Part shown: in pieces, positions 20,298 through 29,270 of the stretch
Numbering within the stretch: position 1 is the stretch's first letter
How the letters are laid out: every line of letters begins with the position of its first letter
From: Candidatus Omnitrophota bacterium
Lineage (GTDB): Bacteria > Omnitrophota > Gorgyraeia > Zapsychrales > JANLHA01
Reading direction: 5' to 3'
Assembly: GCA_963662715.1 (NCBI GenBank)
Contig: OY759724.1
Location: forward strand, 268,670-332,669
DNA: 64,000 nucleotides
Notes under the pieces: model-generated
What the model was told of the DNA's origin: nothing
The model's database searches: none
What the model saw: the letters and a program-made list of their open reading frames with translations, nothing else
Program-made: the position numbers and the translations under genes

Positions 20298-20923
20298 GTT
20301 TTTTTCTCCAGATCGAAAACTTTCACATTAGGATTATCCAGCCATACAGCGTCATGTGAGATGCTGACAACCGTCCAATCCTTTCGTTCTATAAAAAAAT
20401 CAGCGGTCTTTTTCTTGAGATTCTTATCCAAAGCTGATGTCACCTCATCCAAAAGAAAAACATTCCGTTCTAATAAAACAGAAACTATTATGGCTACCCT
20501 CTGCCTCTCCCCGCCTGAGAGGTCGGAAATATCTTTAGCAAGCAGATCACGGCTTAGTTCAAAGAAATCCATTAATTCGCCTATTCTTTCCTCACTGAAA
20601 TTCAGAACATGATTCGATTTTATCCCGGCAACAAAAGAAAACCAATCCGAGACTTTATAATCGCCTAAGCTGACATCTTGATCAACAAACGCTACTTTTT
20701 CCCTTACGTGCCAGATTGTGTGTTCATCAACAAGCGCCTCATCAAAAAGCACTTTCCCGCTTTGAGGCTCCACGAAACCAAGTACAAGACCAAAAAGCGA
20801 GGATTTGCCAAGGCCGGATCTACCTAAAAGGACAACCTTCTCACCTTTAGCGATCTCACAAGAGAAATCGTTGAAAATCACCTTGCCGTCAAAATCTAAC
20901 TTTATTTTTTCATACCTAATCAT
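20285..20923 (-). CDS. ABC transporter ATP-binding protein, FetA/YbbL-like
   Basis: 212 aa; Walker A GRSGLGKSS, signature LSGGERQRVAI, Walker B FLLDEVTSALD. Confidence 0.75.
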   Translation of the reverse strand: MIRYEKIKLDFDGKVIFNDFSCEIAKGEKVVLLGRSGLGKSSLFGLVLGFVEPQSGKVLFDEALVDEHTIWHVREKVAFVDQDVSLGDYKVSDWFSFVAGIKSNHVLNFSEERIGELMDFFELSRDLLAKDISDLSGGERQRVAIIVSVLLERNVFLLDEVTSALDKNLKKKTADFFIERKDWTVVSISHDAVWLDNPNVKVFDLEKKTWKQ

Positions 20924-21100
20924 ATTGCTTTTCTACTCCACCAACGTCGCGGCGAGCGACATTTCTATCAAGGTATTCCTAAATATCCTCAATATTTTAT
21001 ATATCTATATCTATTAGCAATTTTCATCATAGTCATCCTATAAGCTAGCCATCGGCCAGCCGTAGGTTTTCAGAAATATTTTCTTGTATTTTTATTCATA

Positions 21101-23368
21101 TCAATTAGTTGTGTTGAATATCGCTTCCAAATATTTCCCAGTATAACTCTTCTTGCATTTAATCAAATCCTCGGGAGTTCCTTCAAATAATATTTTTCCT
21201 CCTTTAGAACCACCTTCAGGACCTAAATCTATAACCCAATCCGCATGTTTGATAACATCTAAGTTATGCTCTATAACAATTACTGTATTATCATTATCAA
21301 CTAGGTTTTTTATTATTTTCATTAATTTATTTATATCTGCCATGTGAAGCCCTGTTGTTGGCTCGTCCATGACATAAATATTTCCTTTTTTGTGTAATTC
21401 GGATGCTAATTTTACCCTTTGGCATTCTCCTCCTGATAGCGTGCTCAATGGCTGCCCTAGCTCTAAATATTCAAGGCCTACGTCACATAAAATCTGCAGC
21501 TTTCTCTTAACTTGAAAATTATCAAAAAAATCTTTTACTTCTCTTATTGTCATGTTCAGGACTTCAAAAATATTTTTATCCTTATATTTTAATTCCAAGA
21601 CTTCGTCGGTATATCTTTTTCCGTTGCATTCGTCGCAGGTAATCTTTACTTCGTCCATAAAGCTCATTTCAAAGCTGAGTGTTCCTAACCCTTTGCATTT
21701 TGGGCAAGCTCCTTTAGAATTAAAGCTGAATAATGATGGCATCTCATTGTTTGCTTTAGCAAATTCCTGCCTTATCAGATCAAATACACCTATGTAAGTT
21801 GCAGGATTTGAACGAGAAGATTTTCCAACAGGCGATTGATCGATTATTATTGTTTCTCTGTTTTCTCTCAAGAACACATCATTAATCAGGCTGCTTTTCC
21901 CTGATCCTGCAACTCCTGTGATACAAGTCATCACTTTTCTTGGAATCTTTGTTGACACATTTTTCAGATTGTGCAGCGTCGCATCCTTGATCCCTATATA
22001 ATCGTTCCATTTTTTTCTGTTGTTATCCGCCCTTTCTTTTTTATTCAGATATTCTGCTGTCAGTCCTTTTGATCTCTTCAACCCCTCAAATGTTCCTGAA
22101 TAAATTATTTCTCCACCCAAACTTCCTGCTTTTGGGCCGATATCAATAATATGTTCCGCACATCTAATCAGAGCAAGGTCATGCTCCACGACAAAAACGC
22201 TGTTTCCTTTATCTTTCAATTTTACAAGCATCTCAATTAGTTTGTTGACGTCTCTTGGGTGAAGCCCGATTGATGGCTCATCCATTATGTACATCATATC
22301 AACAAGGTCGCAGTCAAGCTGTCTTGCCATTTTTACTCTCTGGCTCTCGCCCCCAGAAAGAGTTGCAACAGAACGGTTCAAAGAAAGATAACCAACGCCA
22401 ATCTCGATAAGATGAGAGAGTATCTGCCGCATCTTTTGAACCATCGGCCTCGCAATATCCCCCTCAATGCTTCCAATAAAATTGTAAAGTTCGCTAAATT
22501 CCATGTCTATCAATTCAGGAATTGTCTTCCCATTAAGCTTCACGCTTCTTGCTTTCTCGTTAATTCGTGAACCTCCACAGGAATCACAATCAGAATACAC
22601 AAAATATTTTTGGTAAGCATCTTTCCTGTCTTTGGATAATTCATCTTTTGCCTTATTTACATATATCCTTTCAAGCTTCCTTACGATGCCTTCATAGTTT
22701 TTAGTATAAGTTCCTGCCCCATGCTTTTTTTCTATAGGGATTGATTTTGCATAAAGAAAATCATTAAGTTCCTTTTCGGAGAAATCTTTAATCTTTTTAT
22801 CAACATCGAATAGATTGATTGCAACCATCTCTCTCCAATTCCAGCCACCAACCTTGTGGTCGGGATGGTTTATTGCTCCTTCTCGTATGGATTTTTCTTT
22901 ATCTAATATCATATCAACATCTACTTTTATTCTCTTCCCAAGACCTTTGCAATCAGGACACATCCCAGAAGGATGGTTAAATCCAAAAACAAAAGAAGGC
23001 CCGATAAACTTATCTCCACATCTTGAGAATAATAATCTCAAATAGGTATAAAGTTCTGTTGCTGTTCCAATCGTGCTCCGCAAGGTTATTCCCATCCTTT
23101 TTTGGTCAATCACTATCGCTGTTGAAATATTTTTGATCTCGTCAACAGGAGGTTTTGAAAGCTTTGGCATCCGTGACCTGGCAAAAGAAGAGAATGTTTC
23201 GATAAGTTGCCTTTGAGATTCTGTATATACAGTATCAAAAACAAGGGATGATTTTCCAGAGCCAGATACACCAGTAAAGGCAACAATCTTATTCTTAGGA
23301 ATCTCTAAAGAAACCCCTTTAAGATTATGCGTTCTAGCATTTCTAATAATAACTTTGTCGTGATTCAT
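21101..23368 (-). CDS. UvrA-like ABC ATPase (excinuclease subunit A paralog, short form)
   Basis: 755 aa; UvrA N-terminus (ARTHNLKGVSLEIPKNKIVAFTGVSGSGKSSLVFDTVY), two ABC modules, two Zn-finger CxxC pairs (CPDCKGLG, CPKCKGLG). Shorter than canonical UvrA (about 940 aa). Confidence 0.8.
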   Translation of the reverse strand: MNHDKVIIRNARTHNLKGVSLEIPKNKIVAFTGVSGSGKSSLVFDTVYTESQRQLIETFSSFARSRMPKLSKPPVDEIKNISTAIVIDQKRMGITLRSTIGTATELYTYLRLLFSRCGDKFIGPSFVFGFNHPSGMCPDCKGLGKRIKVDVDMILDKEKSIREGAINHPDHKVGGWNWREMVAINLFDVDKKIKDFSEKELNDFLYAKSIPIEKKHGAGTYTKNYEGIVRKLERIYVNKAKDELSKDRKDAYQKYFVYSDCDSCGGSRINEKARSVKLNGKTIPELIDMEFSELYNFIGSIEGDIARPMVQKMRQILSHLIEIGVGYLSLNRSVATLSGGESQRVKMARQLDCDLVDMMYIMDEPSIGLHPRDVNKLIEMLVKLKDKGNSVFVVEHDLALIRCAEHIIDIGPKAGSLGGEIIYSGTFEGLKRSKGLTAEYLNKKERADNNRKKWNDYIGIKDATLHNLKNVSTKIPRKVMTCITGVAGSGKSSLINDVFLRENRETIIIDQSPVGKSSRSNPATYIGVFDLIRQEFAKANNEMPSLFSFNSKGACPKCKGLGTLSFEMSFMDEVKITCDECNGKRYTDEVLELKYKDKNIFEVLNMTIREVKDFFDNFQVKRKLQILCDVGLEYLELGQPLSTLSGGECQRVKLASELHKKGNIYVMDEPTTGLHMADINKLMKIIKNLVDNDNTVIVIEHNLDVIKHADWVIDLGPEGGSKGGKILFEGTPEDLIKCKKSYTGKYLEAIFNTTN

Positions 23369-24091
23369 TTTCTTCCGCTTGTTGCTATTTAATTAGTTTT
23401 AATAATTTTACGATTCTTTTCTCCTTAATCTCCTTCAAAGCCTTGATTTCTATTGGTAAGCCATGATCAAATATTTCTTGAAGCTCTTTGTAAAACATAT
23501 TGAAAAATATCTCAAGATAGAAAAGAAGGACATATATTTATTCTTAAAAAAAATTGATGGCCTCTGAATCCCATAAGAGGGAAAATCAGGTATTAATATA
23601 AAAATCACCACTAACAGCAGGTTCGTCAACATATATTGTAGGTGAAAATTTTTCTTTTCTTATCTTTACACAGTCACCACGGAGAGTTTTTTAATAGCGC
23701 TTCTAAATTGGTATAAAACACATCTATCTAAACGGCCTTCTTTTTATGAGCATTGTTGAACAGGTGATCTCTTCTTCAAGATTATGATACTCTTCTTTCT
23801 GTTTTCGTATATACCCCTCAAACAGCTCTTTTTTATGTGGATACTTCAACATTAATTCGTGACACCTTCTCTGTATGTCTTGATACTATTTTTCATATTC
23901 ATTTTTATCACTTATTTCATCACTGAGATATTCCTTGATAATTTCCATATCAGCCGTTTTTATTTGGTTTGTCAGTTCCTTCTTTGTTCTAATTATCGCA
24001 TGGGTAGAATCGTTACTTTCTTTCATATACCCATCATCGAGTATGATGATACCATTGTCGCATAATAGCGGTTGTATGTCTTCAAACGAAA

Positions 24092-24379
24092 TGAGACAAA
24101 TTGCAATTTAATTTAAGAGACGATTTCAGCTCCAATATTCATTATTTTACCGTTATATTTCCTTCTGGCAAGAATAGTCTTTTGCTTCAAATCTTGCCTT
24201 CGTCTTTGTATCTGATCACGCCGTCCATAATAAACATCGTCCGGTGTCACATTACCAATCCCTTCATGATAACGCCGTGAGTTGTACCAGTGAATAAATC
24301 GCGCGATTTCATCCTCAAGCCGTTCAGGGCTATCCCAGACATGCAGAAGAATCGTCTCCTTGGCGCTTCGATGAAACCG
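24092..24379 (-). mobile_element. Truncated copy of the IS3-family element (3' end of orfB plus right IR)
   Basis: Encodes 89 aa that match the orfB C-terminus at 7106-7372 except for a single substitution (N->D). The terminal TGAGACAAAT is at 24092-24101. Homology to the IS stops near 24380. Confidence 0.8.
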
Positions 24380-24857
24380 CATACTTCCGAGCGATATACT
24401 TGATTTTCTTCCATCTTCTCAGAGCATAAGGCTGAACATCACATTGAGGGCCGAAATAATTCTTGCACTCTTGAAGAACCATATCACAGAGGTCTGCTTG
24501 GATACCTCGAATGAAGGAATGGATGTGAACACCCCTCCTTGACGTATTCCGCTCGCAAATCACAAGGCAATGGATATATCGCTCATAAAACTTCTTGTAA
24601 TCACGGTTGAGGTACTTGAAGAAATGCTTGTACGCATCCTTAGCCTCGGTCTTACCCGTCGCCCTCGGGAAAGTCATCGTTGCGTACAAATCGAAAGGCC
24701 CCAGTTGCTTAATCAGCTTGCCGAATCCCCGTATTCGGTCGTATCTGCTTGTCGTTTCCAACGCTTGCAGTTTTAACAGCTCTAACATATAAAATCCCCT
24801 CAAGGGTGATGATTCATCACGCCTAAATGACTGCATCCAATGTATGTATGTCACCAT
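24380..24857 (-). pseudogene. HUH-superfamily rolling-circle Rep-like protein, 3'-truncated by the IS fragment
   Basis: ORF 24330..24857: motif I-like LYATMTFP, HUH motif GVHIHSFIRG, and a Y-x-x-x-K-Y tyrosine motif (KYIARKY) just before the reading frame runs into IS sequence. Confidence 0.45.
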
Positions 24858-25067
24858 ACATAACGAAGCCTCCTGCGGGAAGAAGCCGCACAGGAGGCTA
24901 AAATCACCACACTTTCACCACGTCAAAAGGCCAAAATCGACCTTTGATGAGGTGAAGATGTCTTGCAATAACTGGATTTAACTTGTAATAATTGTTTCGT
25001 TCTCTCGTCGAGAACTTGTGGATTTGGTGGGAAAGTGTTGGGGCATCACAGGATGCCCCAGAAGATA

Positions 25068-25094
25068 TGGTGGAGGTGCGGGGAATCGAACCCC
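25068..25094 (-). repeat. tRNA 3'-end fragment (T-arm plus acceptor 3' strand plus CCA): att-site remnant, copy A
   Basis: Minus strand reads GGGGTTCGATTCCCCGCACCTCCACCA (T-loop TTCGATT, 3' acceptor, discriminator, CCA). No complementary 5' acceptor strand or anticodon arm follows, so it is a fragment, not a gene. Confidence 0.55.
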
Positions 25095-25196
25095 TATCAA
25101 TTATAAAGGGCTAAAACAAATGGTTTTCGGAAAATTTTTCAAAAAACCACCACATAAAAACCACATGAAATTTTTGAGTGAAAAATTTGACAAAAA

Positions 25197-25219
25197 ATGG
25201 TGGAGGTGCCGGGAATCTC
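25197..25219 (-). repeat. Second, shorter tRNA 3'-end fragment (copy B) in direct orientation
   Basis: Minus strand reads GATTCCCGGCACCTCCACCA (1 mismatch to copy A), 129 bp from copy A. Each copy is followed on its right by the motif CCACATAAAAACCACAT (25150-25168 and 25281-25297). Confidence 0.5.
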
Positions 25220-25295
25220 CATCAAGATGTAAATAATCCTTAAAAAGAAAGTATGTTACAGACATTTTCATCAATTCCCCCACATAAAAACCACA

Positions 25296-26438
25296 TTAAA
25301 TATTCTTGGCTATTCGATAAACCAATGCAAAATCATTTTGTGAAATTTTCTCATTACGCGCCACAAGTGTCCTTACAGCAGTAGCTCCTATTGTCGCAAT
25401 GGCCAATATAAGCCCCCCCACTGTAAATAGCTGTTGTTGCTCTTGTACGACACCTCGTAAGAATGTCGTAATTCCTGCCCAAGCCATTCTGTCACTAAAC
25501 AAATTTTCAAGGAATCTATCAGTATCTCTCCTATCAAGCATTAAAACATCCCCTATTTCATGTTCTACGTTTTGACGAATGAATTTCTCTACATAGACTG
25601 GGAGATTTTCAAGATTGTCTGGAATAGTTAACTCCTGAGCAAGTTGATGACATTTTAAACGGAATCGTTGAATTTCTGGTCCATGTTCATTTAACAGCTC
25701 TATGATGAAATCTATTTTTTCTTTATCAAGCGGATCAAGCCGTGGAGAAAGAATTTGACGAAATAATTCCCATTCTACAATATCTATATCTATATTTTGC
25801 CCAGTTTGGATGGGTTGCATATGAATCGACATTTTTGAAAATAACGTTATAAGATTTTGGTTTGTAAGCAGAATCCTCGCGTTTGCTTTTATAAAATCTT
25901 TAAAAACAAAAAGACGCAAAAAATATGACTTCACAAGCAACTTTTCAACTACCTTTTGATGGACTATCTCATCATAATAGCGATATACTTTTTCCCAATC
26001 TTCATCATACTCATAATATTTTTCGAACAATAAATGCCTCATAAATTCACCGTAAGCATTATACTGATTACAAGACAGTTTTAATTCATCAAAATTAATC
26101 CCCAACATTTCATAAAAACTAGACATTTCATCAATTGCTCTAGAACTAGCCGAATATTTCAACATGCACACAAGAATCTTTTTTAAAGGTTTAAATAAAT
26201 CAACTGTAGTGTTCGATAAATGTTTCATCTGAATCCAGCTATAAAATTGTTTCTCGAATGTATTCCTCCAACTTGGATTACGTAATTCAACAAGCCTCGG
26301 GAAAGGAGAATAATCTAAGGGATATATCACAGGTGTTTGAGTTAAAATGATCGGCCCGTCAAAATACAAAAATGTTGCGCCACTAATCTGCGAGGCATCT
26401 GTGATAGGATCTGGCCATATAAAGGTTGGTGCACTCAT
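25296..26438 (-). CDS. Hypothetical protein with C-terminal TM anchor
   Basis: 380 aa, no recognised domain; C-terminal hydrophobic helix (LFTVGGLILAIATIGATAV). Last gene of the minus-strand array downstream of the integrase. Confidence 0.45.
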   Translation of the reverse strand: MSAPTFIWPDPITDASQISGATFLYFDGPIILTQTPVIYPLDYSPFPRLVELRNPSWRNTFEKQFYSWIQMKHLSNTTVDLFKPLKKILVCMLKYSASSRAIDEMSSFYEMLGINFDELKLSCNQYNAYGEFMRHLLFEKYYEYDEDWEKVYRYYDEIVHQKVVEKLLVKSYFLRLFVFKDFIKANARILLTNQNLITLFSKMSIHMQPIQTGQNIDIDIVEWELFRQILSPRLDPLDKEKIDFIIELLNEHGPEIQRFRLKCHQLAQELTIPDNLENLPVYVEKFIRQNVEHEIGDVLMLDRRDTDRFLENLFSDRMAWAGITTFLRGVVQEQQQLFTVGGLILAIATIGATAVRTLVARNEKISQNDFALVYRIAKNI

Positions 26439-26470
26439 GCAATCTTCCTAATATTTTCTAAAAATAACTT

Positions 26471-27571
26471 TTATACTGAGCTCATTTTTAAAACTTTTGT
26501 TCTTCCCTCTTCCGTCGAGTGAGAATAATATTTAATCAGCACATTAATATCCGTATGGCCGGTAATGGCCATGACATCCCGAATGGGCATATTTTTTAAC
26601 CCGGCCTCCGTGATCAATGAATGGCGAAAATCGTGAGGGGTTACTCTTTTCTTAATTGTTCGTTGGCTGACACTTGCTAGATATTCGCGAAAATGATTAC
26701 TTGATATTTTATTACCTAATGAATTCGGAAACAACCAAATATATCCTTTTTGTCTGAAACTAAATTGTTTAATGACACTAGCCAAATCGTCGTCAATCGT
26801 TTCCAGGACAAACTCCTTTTTGTTTTTTCTGACTTCTGGATCAAGCCGAATTAGAACTGGATTCAGACCACGAAATTTAACATTTTCTTTCTTAACCGAT
26901 AATACCTCCTCGATACGCCAACCAAGCCGAATCAACATATACGTGACACCATAGTATTCAAGACGATGCTGCTTTATAGCTGCAAGGAGCTTTTGCTTGT
27001 CAGTCTTTGTTAACTCCTTGTACTTTTTTTGCATTTGAAAGGGCTTCTTAAACTCAGATAAATATTCACTCACTTCTTTTTTACAATACCCTAAACGCAC
27101 AAGGCGACTAAAAACTCCTTTAAGAGTCCCCAATTCAGAACGCCACCCCTTCTTTCGTCCCTGGTCATTCACCACAAAATTCTTATATTCATTAAAGACA
27201 TCTGTAGTAATCACATTCACATTCTGAATTTCGGGATACTTATCAGGAAGAAACACGAAGAAGAAAGTATTGTAGGTATTTAATGCCCGGCTAATTGTTT
27301 TCTTTCGAAGATTATCCCCTTTTAAATCCCTGATAAATTGTTCCTTTAAAGCATCGAAAGCGATATTTCTCTTTCCTGCTCGTATCTCATCCTTCGAAAT
27401 AACTGTTTGCTGAATCAGCCGTGATTTTTCCTGGTAAGCTTCGTACATTGAAGCTGCTTTAATACGTTTGAAAATTCGCGGGCCTTTGTTGGGAAGCTGA
27501 AAGTTAATTTCAAAGACTCCGTCCTTAATCTTTCTGACACCCAGAAACTTTTTAGACGATTTGTATCTCAA
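26471..27571 (-). CDS. int: Tyrosine-type site-specific integrase
   Basis: 366 aa; catalytic R...HxxR...Y tetrad region (HDFRHSLITEAGL ... ITGHTDINVLIKYYSH). Confidence 0.9.
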   Translation of the reverse strand: MRYKSSKKFLGVRKIKDGVFEINFQLPNKGPRIFKRIKAASMYEAYQEKSRLIQQTVISKDEIRAGKRNIAFDALKEQFIRDLKGDNLRKKTISRALNTYNTFFFVFLPDKYPEIQNVNVITTDVFNEYKNFVVNDQGRKKGWRSELGTLKGVFSRLVRLGYCKKEVSEYLSEFKKPFQMQKKYKELTKTDKQKLLAAIKQHRLEYYGVTYMLIRLGWRIEEVLSVKKENVKFRGLNPVLIRLDPEVRKNKKEFVLETIDDDLASVIKQFSFRQKGYIWLFPNSLGNKISSNHFREYLASVSQRTIKKRVTPHDFRHSLITEAGLKNMPIRDVMAITGHTDINVLIKYYSHSTEEGRTKVLKMSSV

Positions 27572-27792
27572 TTAACACTCCCCCCTTATTATCCGACAAA
27601 GGCAGGCTGTGCTTAAGCTTGAAAAAATACCCTGTAACTGGCTTTTGAAATTTGAAAGATAAGGAAAGGAGAATTGACTACGGGAAAGAATATTTCGAAA
27701 ACAATCAGCGTGGAATCCAGAAAATATATATCTCATCATAAAGAAATGGGTATTCATGATGAGATATATTATAAACGTTATCCGTTTATAAT

Positions 27793-27999
27793 TCAAGCAT
27801 TTTTCTTGCCGGGCTTTGGCCCTGGCTTTCGCTCCTTTGCTAAAAACCGTTTCAACGAATTTTCGTCGATAAGCCAAACTGTCGTATTCCGGGTTGTCTT
27901 CGCTTGACGGCCTTTGATTGTCCCCTTGCCTAAAAGCAAACGAAGATACCCGGTGGAAAGGCTGTACTTCTGGGAAGCCTCCCAGGTTGTCATAATCAT
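27793..27999 (-). CDS. Small HTH DNA-binding protein (phage/ICE regulator-like)
   Basis: 68 aa; HTH-like core (SQKYSLSTGYLRLLLGKG) and a basic tail. Preferred over the overlapping 147-aa ORF 27572..28015, which has no protein-like features. Confidence 0.45.
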   Translation of the reverse strand: MIMTTWEASQKYSLSTGYLRLLLGKGTIKGRQAKTTRNTTVWLIDENSLKRFLAKERKPGPKPGKKNA

Positions 28000-28066
28000 G
28001 AAGGTATTCTATCATTTTTTCTCTTACATTTCTTCGATTTTAAACAAAATACCCAAATACAAGTAC

Positions 28067-28249
28067 CTACTCAACACTCCCCTCTTTAAACCAATTCCAG
28101 AATTCCGATGAAATAGCGAAGATTCTTTTTCCCCTTCTGTAAAGAGGACATTTAGACCGTTTTTGCCAGCGTCTGCTTTGTATAGTATTAGGCGTTACAT
28201 GCAAAATCTTGGCAAGCTCCTCTACCGTTAGCGTTTCTTTAACTTTCAT
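28067..28249 (-). CDS. xis: Excisionase/AlpA-like HTH protein
   Basis: 60 aa: LTVEELAKILHVTPNTIQSRRWQ is the typical MerR-like excisionase HTH; located between the relaxosome genes and the integrase. Confidence 0.65.
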   Translation of the reverse strand: MKVKETLTVEELAKILHVTPNTIQSRRWQKRSKCPLYRRGKRIFAISSEFWNWFKEGSVE

Positions 28250-28284
28250 TTATCTCCTCCGTTTCTCACAACAAAGATATCAAT

Positions 28285-28746
28285 TCAACTACTATCCTTC
28301 TCCATTAAGGCAAGCACTCGTTTCTTGCGGATGACCGCTGACTGCTTTGCATTATTTTTGTTTTCGTCATTAACCTCCGGCGTATGGAACAAATAGGCAT
28401 ATAAAAACGCATCAATTAGTTTTTCGATCCTGTCCACCTTCCCGGACAACCTGTCATTCAAGGTTGTAATGCTGGTGCAGATGATTTCACGGGTTTCTTC
28501 TATCGTCGAATGAAAAGTAGCACCGGATTTATTTACGTCTACCAATCCCAACTCATTTAATAATTCCTTATGTTCAAGCGTCATTTGGGCATAGTTGATG
28601 ATGGCATTGCGCATAAATTCTGAAATTGAAACACCCTGTTCCTGCGCCAGCATGACGAACAGTTTATTCTCATCGGCAGTGACTCTAACGCCTATGGTTT
28701 TTGTTTTATGGGCCGTAGATTTATTAGTCATAATCTTCTCTCGCAA
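28285..28746 (-). CDS. Ribbon-helix-helix relaxosome accessory protein (MobC-like)
   Basis: 153 aa; the N-terminal RHH-like segment (TIGVRVTADENKLFVMLAQEQGVSISEFMRNAIINY) resembles MobC/TraJ-type accessory proteins. Confidence 0.45.
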   Translation of the reverse strand: MREKIMTNKSTAHKTKTIGVRVTADENKLFVMLAQEQGVSISEFMRNAIINYAQMTLEHKELLNELGLVDVNKSGATFHSTIEETREIICTSITTLNDRLSGKVDRIEKLIDAFLYAYLFHTPEVNDENKNNAKQSAVIRKKRVLALMEKDSS

Positions 28747-29270
28747 TCTGTTTGCTTAAACAAAAAAACAGGCTGCAAAACATACTTAACTTGCACCGGC
28801 CCCCAATAACGGGAGTCCCAGCTATTTGGTTTATAATCCGACATCAACCAGTACTGTTTTTCTTTCAATCTAATCGGAACATCATAATCTCGAAGGACAC
28901 GCCTTCCATGCGAATCTGTATCGAGCAGAGGATACCCGTTATAAACCTTACTGTTAATACGTATACTATCCTGTGAAACGTCAACCATATCACCCGGCAC
29001 AGCTACGATCTTTTTAAAAACCGGATTGATTCCGGTTGAACACCATCCCGTCTGAAGATATCCTCGCTCAAGTCCAAGCTCGGCCAATTCCGGCGTCAGA
29101 CAAGTGGCTGCCAGCATACCCCTTTCGGCATCAGCTGAAACCTTTCGATATATTCCCAAAGGCATACTCTCCGACAAATTTACACGAAATCCATAAACAC
29201 CAAGAACAAGACAAACTCCGAGAATCGTTATCAAAAAGACCGTAATAAATCGTAAAATTCTCTTCATCAT
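28728..29270 (-). CDS. traF: Conjugative signal peptidase TraF (S26 family)
   Basis: 180 aa; N-terminal TM, S26 catalytic Ser box (SESMPLGIY) and the conserved SWDSRYWG box. Confidence 0.8.
   Translation of the reverse strand: MMKRILRFITVFLITILGVCLVLGVYGFRVNLSESMPLGIYRKVSADAERGMLAATCLTPELAELGLERGYLQTGWCSTGINPVFKKIVAVPGDMVDVSQDSIRINSKVYNGYPLLDTDSHGRRVLRDYDVPIRLKEKQYWLMSDYKPNSWDSRYWGPVQVKYVLQPVFLFKQTDCERRL

Noticed and set aside
23450-24065. Small ORFs (60 and 68 aa) in the AT-rich 23.4-24.1 kb stretch
   Set aside because: Low-complexity Ile/Phe-rich translations typical of AT-rich non-coding DNA. The only protein-like frame there is the minus-strand methyltransferase-like fragment abutting the IS end, mentioned under the IS finding.
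27572-28015. 147-aa ORF overlapping the 68-aa HTH ORF
   Set aside because: Different frame over the same DNA; the translation has no domain-like features, whereas the 68-aa frame gives a coherent HTH protein. Kept the short one.
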